Below are positions 39,268 through 51,039 of a stretch of 64,000 nt of DNA, piece by piece. The position numbers were made by a program, and so were the translations under genes. The stretch spans positions 78,306,001-78,370,000 of the forward strand of contig NC_042997.1 of NCBI RefSeq assembly GCF_006345805.1, in the 5' to 3' direction. Source of the stretch: Octopus sinensis. Lineage: Eukaryota. The notes beneath the pieces were generated by a model. The model was not told the origin of the DNA, did not search any database, and saw nothing but the letters and a program-made list of their open reading frames with translations. Position 1 is the stretch's first letter. The number at the start of each line of letters is the position of its first letter.

Positions 39268-39748
39268 CAACTTTGATTTCTTTATTACACAAATATCACG
39301 TTAAAATTTTGCATTTCAGCATGGAGCGTCCAAAAGATATGGGCATTATTTTGCTGGAACTCACACACTTCGTTAATTTACGTAAAAACTTTATCTGTAA
39401 TTTCTTTATCACGCCGTGTTCATCTCTATGTATTTGTAGTGATTCACACACGCACACGTATTTTTGTATGTACGTTTGTATACATTTACGTATGGTGTGT
39501 GTGTCTGTGTGTGTGAGTGAGTGAGTGAAGGGTGTGTTGTCATGTATTCATACATACATAAATACACATGCATACATCATTTTTGTATGTATGTGTGTAT
39601 GTGTGCGAGAGAGATAGAGAGAGAGAGAGAGATGTCCAAGTGGCTCTCTCTCTCTTTCTCACGCACACATACATACAAGAAAGATGTATGCCTATTTATT
39701 TATGTATGTACGTATACATGACAACACACCTCTTCACTAACTCACCCC

Positions 39749-39780
<32 letters not shown>

Positions 39781-39899
39781 TGCACACACATACACACGCG
39801 TCCATGTCATCTGATTTTTTATACTGTATGTATATGTATCTGTCTGTGTGTATGTGCGTGTGTGTGTGTGTGTGTGTGTGTTTGCGTGCTACGTTGCAT

Positions 39900-41243
39900 A
39901 ATAGTCAGAAAAAAGCAGGGGAATTTCCTTTCACGATGCTCCTCGTGGCACAGGTAAAACATTTGTGAAATTTCTTCTCTCCAAAGTGAGGCAAAAGAAC
40001 AAAAAATGCAGTTGCTGTACCACTGTCTGGCTTCACTGTCACCATTTTCCCAGGAGGACGAACAACCCATTTTGCTTCAAAATTACCACTAAACCTGATC
40101 ACAAATGACAGTCTAATTTGTAACATAAGTAAAGAATCAGGTTCAGTAGAAATGTTGTACCAATGCCACCTTATCATTTGGGATGAATACACCATATCTC
40201 ATAGAGGTGCAATGGAAGTTCTTGGTAAGACCTTACAGAACATCAGGAGTAACAATAAATTTGTGGAAGGAATTACATTAGTTTTATCAGGAGACTTCAG
40301 ACAGTCATTACCAGTTATTCTGAGACGAACAAGATCTGATGAAATAAAAGCATGCATTAAGTCCCCTGTTGAATAAACTACTGAAATTATCCTTCAATAC
40401 TAACGTGTGACCTTCATTCCACAGGGACCGATGTGAAAAACAGTTTTCAAACTGGCTCTTCTAATTACGAAATGGGAAAGTACCATTTGATGGGAACGGT
40501 GATATCAGTTTGGCTCATATTGCTATCGTGGTGAATTCCCCAGGGTATTTCCAGACTTTAGTAATAATTATAATTTACATAAATGGTTGTGTGAAAGGGC
40601 GATTCTTACTCCAAAAATGAGACTGTAGCAAGGATTAACCATGAATTAAGGAATAAAATTCCAACAGTCATTAACAAGTACTAATCAGTTGATTCAGTCC
40701 TTCATGAAAATTAAGCTGTCCATTACCCAACAGAGTTCCTTAATTCTCTGAAGCCACCTGGAATTCCGCCACATAAACTTTTTCTAAAGATAAGAGTCCC
40801 AATAATGCTTCTAAGAATTTTTGATTCTACTAAATCATGCGATGGAACAAGGTTGATTGAGAAGACATTATCACCGAATGTGACAGAAGCTACCAACATC
40901 CCTTGATGTGCTTCTGGGGAAGAGGTTCTCGTTCCAAGAATTCCAATCAAACCAACAAACATGCACTTGGTGTTCAAATGAACACAATTCCCGGTGCGAC
41001 TTTGCTTTGCAATGTCTATTAATAACGCTCAAGTTCAGTCTTGGAAATCTACTGGCTTGCTTTTCTCATGGTCAAATTTGTTGGTTGCTCCAGGGTAGAT
41101 AATTGGCAAGACTTATTTGTCTATGGTCCAAACCAGAAAAACAAAAATGCTGTTTACCCAGAAGCTCTTACATAATTTCCTTCAACATATGGGACAGAAT
41201 TTATCTCTTTTCATAAAAGTGGTAAATTTTGTATTTTCGTTTA

Positions 41244-41286
<43 letters not shown>

Positions 41287-41516
41287 CATTATTGTTGTTG
41301 TTGTTGTTGTTATTATTATTATTATTATTATCATTATTATTATTATTATTATTGCACTATGAATTCAGAATCGATTTCCCAATTAAAGAATAAATTGTGT
41401 CCCAATTGAAAAAGAAATTGAATTTAGAATGACAAATTTTTATACATATTTTGCTTTTTTCTTCCAGTAAGTAAGGAAAGCTTTCATTCACGGGCAACGC
41501 CGGGTGCCTCTGCTAG
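39900..41516 (+). mobile_element. Helitron 3' part: degenerate PIF1 helicase and canonical 3' terminus
   Basis: DAPRGTGKTF, GGRTTHFASKLPL, LIIWDEY..HRGAMEVL, LSGDFRQSLPVI, YPTEFLNSLKPPGIPPHKL, FAMSINNAQ. Terminal CACGGGCAACGCCGGG hairpin-like motif, then CTAG (41513-41516) followed by T. Confidence 0.88.
41224..41353. repeat. (ATT)n/(GTT)n compound microsatellite inside the Helitron 3' region
   Basis: Direct reading. Confidence 0.9.
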
Positions 41517-43334
41517 TATATTATATAACACGTAAATGAAATATGGAGTATATTTCGAAAAAGTAAATGCAAAGGGTGTTTGTTACGTCTTCTGAAATAG
41601 ATAATTCACTTTCTATTTAATTACCTATCTGTTTCATTCATAACACTTCTTGTTTGATTCATCTTGCTGACACGGATTTAAGCTTATTCATACAATATAT
41701 TTTCTGAAACAATGCTTCTTATGTTAATGATGAGAATATGGTAAGTCAAAAGTCTGAAGAGTAATCACAGCTAATGTTTGTAATAATTACACACAATTAT
41801 ATCCCACTCACAACAGACTTTCAAATATATAACAGGCATTGCAAGCTATAATTATAATTATCGTGCACCTTATTCTCAACTACTCCTGTTGAAAATCTCG
41901 TGATAATGTTGTAATATTTATATAAGAATTTTGGCCAATGTTGTTATTCTTGTTCCATCCAAGGCCATCTCTGACTATGTAAACTTACAATCTAGAAGGT
42001 TCCAACCTTGACCAACCTGTGTAGTTTAAGACAGAGAATTATAGCTAATATATTCAATTTCTTGTTTTAAAGCGAAAGATTGGGACTTAAAAGCTTTGTA
42101 TGTGATTTCTATCAGCCAAACGTACTTAACCTGGCTCGTATTTTGACCAATATTTTTAGTAAGTAAATGATGTAAAATTTTATGTAGAACTGAATTTTAG
42201 TTCGGTACTGATTTTTAAAACTTTTATTCTAACATTACTAATTGATGTGGTGAATTCAAATGTAATTAAATTTAAGAAGGTGGAAATAGTTCTGCCTGGC
42301 TGACATATGATATAAAGATGAAATCTTCTGTGCCTTCACAACGAGTTAATTGTGAAAGTCAAATACTATAAAAGGATTGAAAGATATGGTCGACTCAAAA
42401 TGTATATTAGCTACTGGTGCATATATTACTACAAACATATAGCCATGATCACAATTAAATGCGTTAACGTTCTGTAATTTATCAGCATTTCTCTGTTGAT
42501 TAATTTCTGGAACTAACGAGTGGTCGCTATGTTAACGCGCGATCTTATAGAAGTAACAGACAAATCTCCATCAAATACTAAATTAATGATTTTGAAGGAC
42601 CCATTGTATAATGTAGTCTTAGCTATATTTTTTGAAAAGCGATGTGATACTCAAAACTCGAAAGCCTTTCATCATAGGTTTGGCGGATAAGAATAGACAA
42701 GTTACAACAATATATATGAAACGCTGCCTGAATTTGAACTCAGAATTATATGGAGTAGAAGATGTAAAATTGTGACGGCCATACTTTTCCAAATATCGAA
42801 GGCCGTTTTAAGCTGATTAACGAACCAAATTGTAGGCTCTGGTCTCTGGTGCTGAGTTGACTTAGAAAATTAGATAATCGTTATCAAGCAAATTTGCAGA
42901 CGTTGTTGATCACTGGACTTATACTTTGCCCTAAAGGTACTTCAATTTGGTCTCACGCTCGTGTTAATGTACTTACAAAGCTTGCAAAAATTCCATAAAG
43001 CTTCTCCTATACAGAACCTTTTAGAATGTATTTAGTCACCGGGAGATTAATAAAAAAAAAACTAAATTCAGCTGCTTCACTATCTGATCAAAGAACAAAC
43101 ACAAGGTCTCAACCAGAGTTAGTTGAGGTAATTACAATGTCTTTTTGTGAGATCTCGTTTTAGTACCGCAGTTTGTTTTTTTATGTTTGCTCATCATTTT
43201 GGTAGAGAAATGAGCATCACGTTCTCGTTCTTTTTCTCGCTGATTTTAAATTATATTGTCTCGTCGAAACAATGCCTCGGTTGTTTTTATGAAAAATCCT
43301 AGTTAATGACTAAAGTGTTACAAATAGGTGAAGA

Positions 43335-43670
43335 CATGACTCTGTGGTTAAGGATCTCACCTTGCAACCACTCGATTAGGGGTCAGTCCCATTGCGCAGC
43401 ACCTTGGGCAGGTGTCTTCTTCTGAAAGCTCAGGGCTGACCAATTTCATGTAAATGAATTTGGTAAACTGAAACTATGTGAAATCTCGTCCTATTCACAC
43501 ACAAACACACATACACACATATATATAGGCGCAGGCGTGTGTGTGTGGTAAGAAGCTTGATTCCCAACCACATGGTTTTGGGTTCAGTCCTACAGCGTAG
43601 CACCTTGAGCAAGTGTTTTCTACTCTAGCCTCTAGCTGACCAAAGCCTCTTACTCTAGCCTCGGGCTGAC
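43335..43670 (+). mobile_element. Two head-to-tail tRNA-derived SINE copies
   Basis: Both match the 24606 family (GG.TCAGTCC, GCACCTTG.GCA.GTG). The second starts at 43528 and carries a short internal duplication (TACTCTAGCCTC..GCTGACC). Confidence 0.72.
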
Positions 43671-43880
43671 CACAACACTCTTACTCAATAGTTTCCCAGA
43701 CGTGATCCTTTCATGTAAACACAAATTTTATTCATCGTTTGTCCATTAAGTAAAGTTTATGTAATTCCTCTAATTACGATTCTATGTAAAAATTACAACC
43801 TAACCAACTAGCAATATATCCCTTCTATCTACCTACATACATACCTACATACATACATACATGCATACATACATACATAC

Positions 43881-43976
<96 letters not shown>

Positions 43977-44242
43977 ATATATATACCTGTATCAAAAATG
44001 TTTTATTCTCCGATTTGAAGCGATAAATCATAAGTACAAACAAATGACTGAAAAAGAAAGAAGTCAGCCATTTTACTACAGTTGTCAAGAACTCAACTGT
44101 CATTTTGAAATCTGATGATAACTCCGAACGTATGAAAGAGCTAATTGAACTTTATGAACATTACAAAATATTTATTAATGTTAAATATACTTCAACATTG
44201 TAAAAAAACGTGAAGACCAGAGCATGTTGTAACTTTATTCAT

Positions 44243-44282
<40 letters not shown>

Positions 44283-44289
44283 TTGAATA

Positions 44290-45540
44290 ATTACCTGCTC
44301 AAGCCGAGCACTCCTAGCAGCGTTAACTTATGGAGCGAGAATTTCTAGGACTCTACACGAAAAATATCCCAATACTAACAAGTGGACTATACATGAATTT
44401 ATCATTACAAAAAATTGGTGAGTTCACCAGAAGAGTGAGGAGGAAAGCGTACGATACGAAATAAGCCTAATTAATGATAATAGAAATTCGCACAACTACA
44501 ACTTAAAAGCCTATAGATATCCACTACACAACCTCGTACTTGAGAACTTTGAAAAAGACCTAATCAATTTAGTGGGGAACATAAAATTCACGAAAACTTC
44601 AAATTATATTCAGAAGAAACTATCCAGCATAATACTTAGTATCAAGAACTCTGGTAATATTCATGTCCTCTCTGATAAAACCGGAAATTTATATTCCTTA
44701 TCAATCGATACCTACAATAACTTTATCCTAAGAGCGCTACAATCGAAATATAAAACAGCAATGGACGCCAAATTGAAAGAAATTAATAAAAATCACTTTG
44801 ACATGATTGAAGTGCTTAAACTACTAGATAGAACTGAACCTTATGCTCCTATGACCAGCATTTTACTTTGAAGTATCATATTAAGGATTTTGAAAGTAAG
44901 CCAGCGGTTTCATTGATCTACGCAATCAAATCCGACCTGGGCAGAATCAGTACTATGCGTTCCTCTGATTCAGCCCAGATGGGCCTGTTCATCCTTTCAA
45001 AAATTAAGGAAAGATTCCTAAACATCAGGGAAGGTTTGTATAGAGACGACGCGGTATTTGCTATTTCTGGTTGTACATTACAAACAATCGATAGAATGAA
45101 GAAAAAAGTTAAATTTTTTAAGGTAGAGTTCTTGGAGTTCTTGTCTGGAAATACCACTAAAAACTGCTAACTTTCTAGATGTAACATTAAATTTGGATAA
45201 TGGGCTATTTTATCCCTATTATACGCTGAATAAAACCACCCATGCATTATCTAACCAACCCCAAAGTATCATCAATGGAGATATTAGGATAATTTCGATT
45301 AGATTATCTAACTTGTCGGCAAACCAAATAGTTTTTAATAACGTGGCACCTATTTTTAACACAGCTTTGAAGAATAGTGGCTTTAAAGAAGATACATATT
45401 ATATTAAAGATACCCTATTCAAATACATATGAGGTAAACTTTTTCCAAACCTAGCTGAATCCGATATTGATATCTCGCTCGTAAATAACCCTTCTGAACA
45501 ACGTGACCTCTATCATTTTAGGAGATTCCTCAACAAGTAT
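44290..45540 (+). mobile_element. Penelope-like element, degenerate RT half
   Basis: ENFEKDLINLVGNIKF, LSDKTGNLY, IKSDLGRIS, LYRDDA, NFLDVTLNL, HALSNQPQSII, LKNSGF. Ends in the (AAT)n tract that hosts the Dong insertion; start approximate. Confidence 0.78.
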
Positions 45541-45570
45541 AATAACAATAATAATATAATAATAATAATA

Positions 45571-45631
<61 letters not shown>

Positions 45632-45632
45632 G

Positions 45633-45687
<55 letters not shown>
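45538..45687. repeat. (AAT)n tract, 5' flank/target of Dong copy 1
   Basis: Direct reading. Confidence 0.93.
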
Positions 45688-45688
<1 letters not shown>

Positions 45689-48440
45689 GTTCAACTCCAA
45701 CCCCAAAAAGTTCTACCAAGAACTTGGCAAAAATAAAATAGAAGTCACTGCAGCACCAACGGCAGAAGAAGTGGAAGAATTCTGGAGAGAAATATGGTCG
45801 GCGAACGAACAACCAAAAAAAAGGAGTATCAAAATAACAAACTCGGCATTTGAACAACTTCGGACCCCCATAACAACTGAAGAGGTCACCCAGGCACTGC
45901 AAAGACTAAGCAACTGGAAGGCACCTGGGCATGACAAGATCCCCAACTTCTGGTTGAAATATCTAACAGGAATGCACAAAAAGCTGGCTGAAAACTTTAA
46001 CAACATACTAGCAGAGCCAGAGACAATGCCTGAATGGCTCACGAAGGGGAAAACCATCTTAATTCCCAAATCAAATGAGACAGCAAAACCAGAAAACTAC
46101 AGACCAATAACCTGCCTCCCTACAATGTTCAAGGCATTTACTGCAGTGATATCGCAAAGGTTGAACAAGCACCTGGACGAAAACAAGCTGTTCCCAGAAG
46201 AGCAGAAAGGATGCCGCAAAGGCTCATATGGCTGTAAAGATCAACTAATGATTAATAAAGCCATTACTGAAGACAGCCACAGAAAGAAGAAAGGCCTCAG
46301 TATGGCCTGGATTGACTACAAAAAGGCGTTTGATACCATCCCCCAGACATGGATCCTCGAAACACTAGCCATTAACAAAGTAGCACCAACAATCATAAAA
46401 TTCATAGGGCACTCTATGAATAAATGGCAAACAGTCCTACAGCTCCAAACAAAAGAGGGACTCATGAAAACCAAAGCCATCCCCATTAGAAGAGGAATAT
46501 TCCAGGGAGACACGCTCTCTCCACTCCTTTTCTGCTTAGCACTGTCACCTCTATCTGATATACTAAATAGAACTGGATGCGGATATAAATGTTACGGCAA
46601 AACGATCAGCCACCTTTTATATATGGATGACCTAAAACTATACGCTGCAAATGACAAACAGCTGGAAACACTATTAAAGACAGTTCATGGATTTACTAAA
46701 GAAATAGATATGAAATTTGGATTAGAAAAATGCGCCAAAGTAACCATGAAAAGAGGAAAACTAGTTAAGAGTAGCAACATCACACTAGATAAAACCAATG
46801 AAATAAAAGAATTAGACCAAAGCCAAACTTACAAATACTTAGGAATCCATGAACTAGATAAGACACAACACACACAAATGAAAGAGAAAATAAAAAAAGA
46901 ATATTATAGACGAGTTAGATCAATACTAAAAACAGAGCTCAATGCTAAAAACAAGATAATAGGTATTAACACTTTAGCTGTCCCAGTTATAAGTTACAGC
47001 TACAATATCCTTAACTGGACACGAAATGAACTGACCAAAATAGATAGGAAAACAAGAAAAATAATGACAGGATCTAGGATGCATCACCCAAAATCTGACA
47101 TAGAAAGACTATATATACAACGTATAGAAGGTGGTAGAGGCCTTATACAGCTGGAAAACTACTATAAAATAACCACCATAGGACTGCAAAAATATCTACT
47201 TCAGAAGGAAGGAAAACTGATACAAATAGCGGCAAAACACGAGCAAAACAAAAAACTGTTCTCAGTATTTAAGGAAGCTGACAAATACAAACAAGAAATC
47301 ATACCACCTAATAAATATGAAGAAGAAGAAGAAGAGAAGAAGAAGAAGAGAAGAAGAAGAAGAAGAAGAAGAAGAAGAAGAAGAAGAAGAAGAAGAAGAA
47401 GAAGAAGAAGAAGAAGAAGAAGAAGAAGAAGAAGAAGAAGAAGAAGAAGAAGAAGAAGAAGAAGAAGAAGAAGAAGAAGAAGAAGAAGAAGAAGAAGAAG
47501 AAGGAACAACAAAAGCTATAAAACAAATGAAGTCCAAACTAAAAATAGAACAGCAACGAACAATGATAAAACGATGGCAAGAAAAGCCCCTTCATGGTAA
47601 ATACTGGACTAAACTAAATGCAAAAGAAATAGACAAAGAAAAATCCCAGCAATGGTTGAGAAGCTCAGGACTCAAAGCAGAGACAGAGGGATTTTTAATT
47701 GCAGCACAAGACCAAAGCCTCCCCACCAGAAATTACCAAAAACATGTAATGAAAAGAAATATTACAAGTAACTGCAGAATATGTGGAGATGGACAAGAAA
47801 CAATAAATCATATTATCTCTAGCTGCCCAGTCCTGGCTAAGAAGGAATATATTCACAGACATGACAGAGTTGGAACCTACATACATTGGAAGCTATGCCA
47901 ACATTATGGAATAACAACAGAAAAAAGATGGTATAGGCACACACCAGAAAAGGTCACAGAAAACGAGAAAGCAACCATACTCTGGGATATGCCGATACAC
48001 ACAGATAGAGAAATTAAGGCCAACAGACCAAATATAGTTGTCAGAGATCATGAAGAAAAAAAATGCTTTCTAATTGATGTATCAATACCGGCAGATAACA
48101 ACGTGTCTCTAAAAGAAATGGAGAAACTCTCAAAGTACAAAGACCTGGAAATAGAGGTAACCAGAATGTGGAATCTAAAAACAGAAACAATTCCTATCAT
48201 AGTAGGTGCATTAGGCATGATAAAAAATATTCAGACAAATACATAACAAAAACACCAGGACTTACAAACACATATAACATACAGAAAATTGCACTACTAG
48301 ACACTGCACACATCCTACGCAGAACATTTTCCATACAATAACCATCAGAGCATCACAACAAATCACAGCACATACCCAAGGCACACAGAGCTGCGCTCGG
48401 TAGTGAAGTGAAAGCACGCTATAAAAATAAAACTACTGAA
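45688..48440 (+). mobile_element. R4/Dong-clade RLE non-LTR retrotransposon, 5'-truncated, young (copy 1)
   Basis: RT (KAPGHD, YRPITCLPT, WIDYKKAFD, RGIFQGDTLSPLLF, LYMDDLKLY), CCHC knuckle CRICG..ETINHIISSC, RLE WDMPIHTD...RPNIVV...LIDVS. Flanked by (TAA)n on both sides; frame broken in the GAA tract and at an A run near 48225. Confidence 0.92.
47319..47502. repeat. (GAA)5 GA (GAA)4 GA (GAA)51 tract inside the Dong ORF
   Basis: Counted from the sequence: 184 bp, not a multiple of 3. Confidence 0.9.
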
Positions 48441-48458
48441 TAATAATAATAATAATAA

Positions 48459-49164
48459 ACAGCGGCAAACGAGAAAACAGGAAGTTATATGGTTTAAACC
48501 TCCTTCCCGCCTCCAGGTTAAAAATCTCCTTAAAATTTTTTTTTAATATCGTCGATAAGAATTTCTCAGTGGCCATAAACACCATTATTTTTAATAGATC
48601 CTGTCTAAAGCTTTCATACTCAACTAGACCTAATTTAAGATGGATAATCGCAAGGAATAATAGATATAAGCTTGGGAATAACGGGAATACGGATAGCCCC
48701 AATACGTGTAGGATTAATAATAACATAGATAAAGAACGCACAGGGATGAGTTACCGGAATAAAGCCTGCAATTGTCGGAACCGCAATTTATGTCCATCAG
48801 GAGGATCTTGTCTAAGGGAAAACGTGGTATACAAGACTGAGACCGTAACTGCCAATCAACCTAAGAAAGTATACATAGGAACTACTATGGTATTTAGAAC
48901 GTGATATATAGGACACATAATGTTCATTCTCGAACCCAGGAACAAAAAAAATGCAACAACGCTGGCTACATATATTAATAAACTAAAAATGCGAGATAAG
49001 GAATTTAGATTACACTGGTCAACCATAACAGAAAACAACCCATATACAACGTATACTGGAAGGTGTAAGTTATGTACAAAGGAAGCAATCAGTATACTTC
49101 GTACAGACAAGAAAATTTTGATTAATAAAATCTCGGACATTATAATTGTATGTAGACATAAGTA
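48459..49164 (+). mobile_element. Penelope-like element, GIY-YIG half (continuation of 44290-45540)
   Basis: RKQEVIWFKPP, FNRSCLKLSYST, CNCRNRNLCPSGGSCLRENVVY..KVYIGTT, NATTLATYI..LK, GRCKLCTKE, VCRHK. Confidence 0.85.
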
Positions 49165-50455
49165 CGAGGGGCGTTCAATAAGTAATGTCCCTGACCCACT
49201 TCCCATAGTAGTAGAGCAACGAAACTTGGCACAGTTATTAGTCTTTTTCTACATAGGAACCATCCAGAGTTACGCATTTCTACCATCATTTGATGTAGCT
49301 CTGAAGACCGTTTTTGTAGAAGACCCCAGTTTGGTCCTCCAACCACGACGTGACTTCAGAAATCAAGGCTGCATCATCTGGGAAACGCTTTCCTTTCAAA
49401 AACATCTTCATGGCTGGGAAGAGGGGAAAATCAGAGGGTGCAAGGTCAGGAGAGTAAGGGGATGGGGGAGGAGTTCATAGCCGCACGCCTGTGCTTCTGA
49501 TCTGGCAACACGCGAGTTGTGGACCGGAGCGTTGTCTTGCAGGAGGAGGATGCCTTTGCTGATCTTGCTCCGCCTCTTGATTTTGATAGCTTCTCTTAAT
49601 TTCCTCAAAAGTGAAGCATAATAGGCTCCTGCAATTGTGGTACCCTTTGCCAGGAAATCTGTCATCACTACTCCGTCCTGGTCCCAGAAGACTGTGAGCA
49701 TGACCTTGCCAGCGGAGGGCTGCACCCTTGCCTTCTTTGGAGGTGGTGAGTCACGGTGCTTCCACTGCATTGACTGGGATTTGGTCTCTGGATCATAGTG
49801 ATGGACCCAGGTTTCATCCTGTGTAATCAGTCTTTTGAAAAATTTTGACTCATCTTCTTGGCACATCTCCAAATTCATCCTCGAGCACTCGACGCGTTCT
49901 TGCTTCTCGAAAGGTGTGAGCAACTTAGGAATCCATCTGGCAGACACCTTTTGCATATGAAAATGGTCATGAATGATAGTTTCCACAGACCCGGTACTAA
50001 TCTTGACCTCATAGGCTATTTGGCGAATAGTTATGCGTCGATCTTCCAAAATGGCAGCCTCAACTTGACGGACAGATGCCTTATCAATGGCAGAAGGGGC
50101 GACCAGATCTGGGAGCTGTTTCCACAGAGTTCCGACCATGTTTGAATTCACGATACCAGCGTTTTACAAGGTCATATGATGGGGCATCATCACCATAAGT
50201 TACTTTCATTTCATCAAAAGTATCCCGTGGTGTGCGTCCTTTCAAATACAAAAACCGGATCACTGCTCGACACTCAACAGGCTCCATTTCACACTTGACT
50301 CAGTTCAAACATCTGTAAATCAGAAACCACAATTAGTTCAGAGCTGTAATTTGCCACTTAAATCTATAAAGATATCAATAATTGCACATGCAAAATTTCA
50401 GCTAGATCAAACAACTGCGAGTGGGTCAGGGGCATTACTTATTGAACGTCCCTCG
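49165..50455 (-). mobile_element. Full-length mariner (1291 bp, DD34D) with inactivating lesions
   Basis: 36-bp TIRs CGAGGG(G/A)CGTTCAATAAGTAATG(T/C)CCCTGACCCACT with 2 mismatches; TA at 49163-49164 and 50456-50457. Transposase from 50287: WIPKLL, DETW, QDNAPVH-34-YSPDLAPSD, GSYVEKD. Two 1-bp frameshifts in G/C runs and two stops near 49280-49288. Confidence 0.95.
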
Positions 50456-51039
50456 TATGTAGCTATGTTTAAGTTTTTTTTAAATTAGATAGGTTGCAAT
50501 CTGATATGAACATCGATTTGCCTTAATAAAATATTAAAAAAATTTTCTACTTTGGTTTGATTTGATCAACTTAAAGTTTAAGCGTAAAATTCTTTATACT
50601 TTGGTAACTTAGTGATTCATGGGCTTAGCGTCGCATTCGAACCTATTAACCTTCTATATATAAGTTGTAAGTAAGCGATCATTGTAAATTATAGATTAAA
50701 AATATCATGAGAATTTTTAGATTGTTCCCACTAACACTCTGCATATATGGATTCACCTTATTTTTAATTATTTACTTATCAGCAATCCAACTGTTTTTTA
50801 AATGGTTAACCAAATTTGAGTTCTCACTTTATTTTTACAAATGTTTTTATTTTCATTCGCACACATGTTTTACTTCACAATTTTTTCCACTTCTCCTTGA
50901 GTTGTTTGGTTGTTTTTTCATAAGGTGACAGTACTACAATTTGTTGAACTTCTCGTTGAATTTACTTGGAAGCATTTGTTATTTTTAACCCCGTTGGGGG
51001 AATAAATTACTATTTGATCTAATTACTATTTTTTCTTAA

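Noticed and set aside
41750-41800. CTGAAGA followed by a GTAAT/ATTAC stem
   Set aside because: No GAAA or NUH segment and no stem I complement; could be chance.
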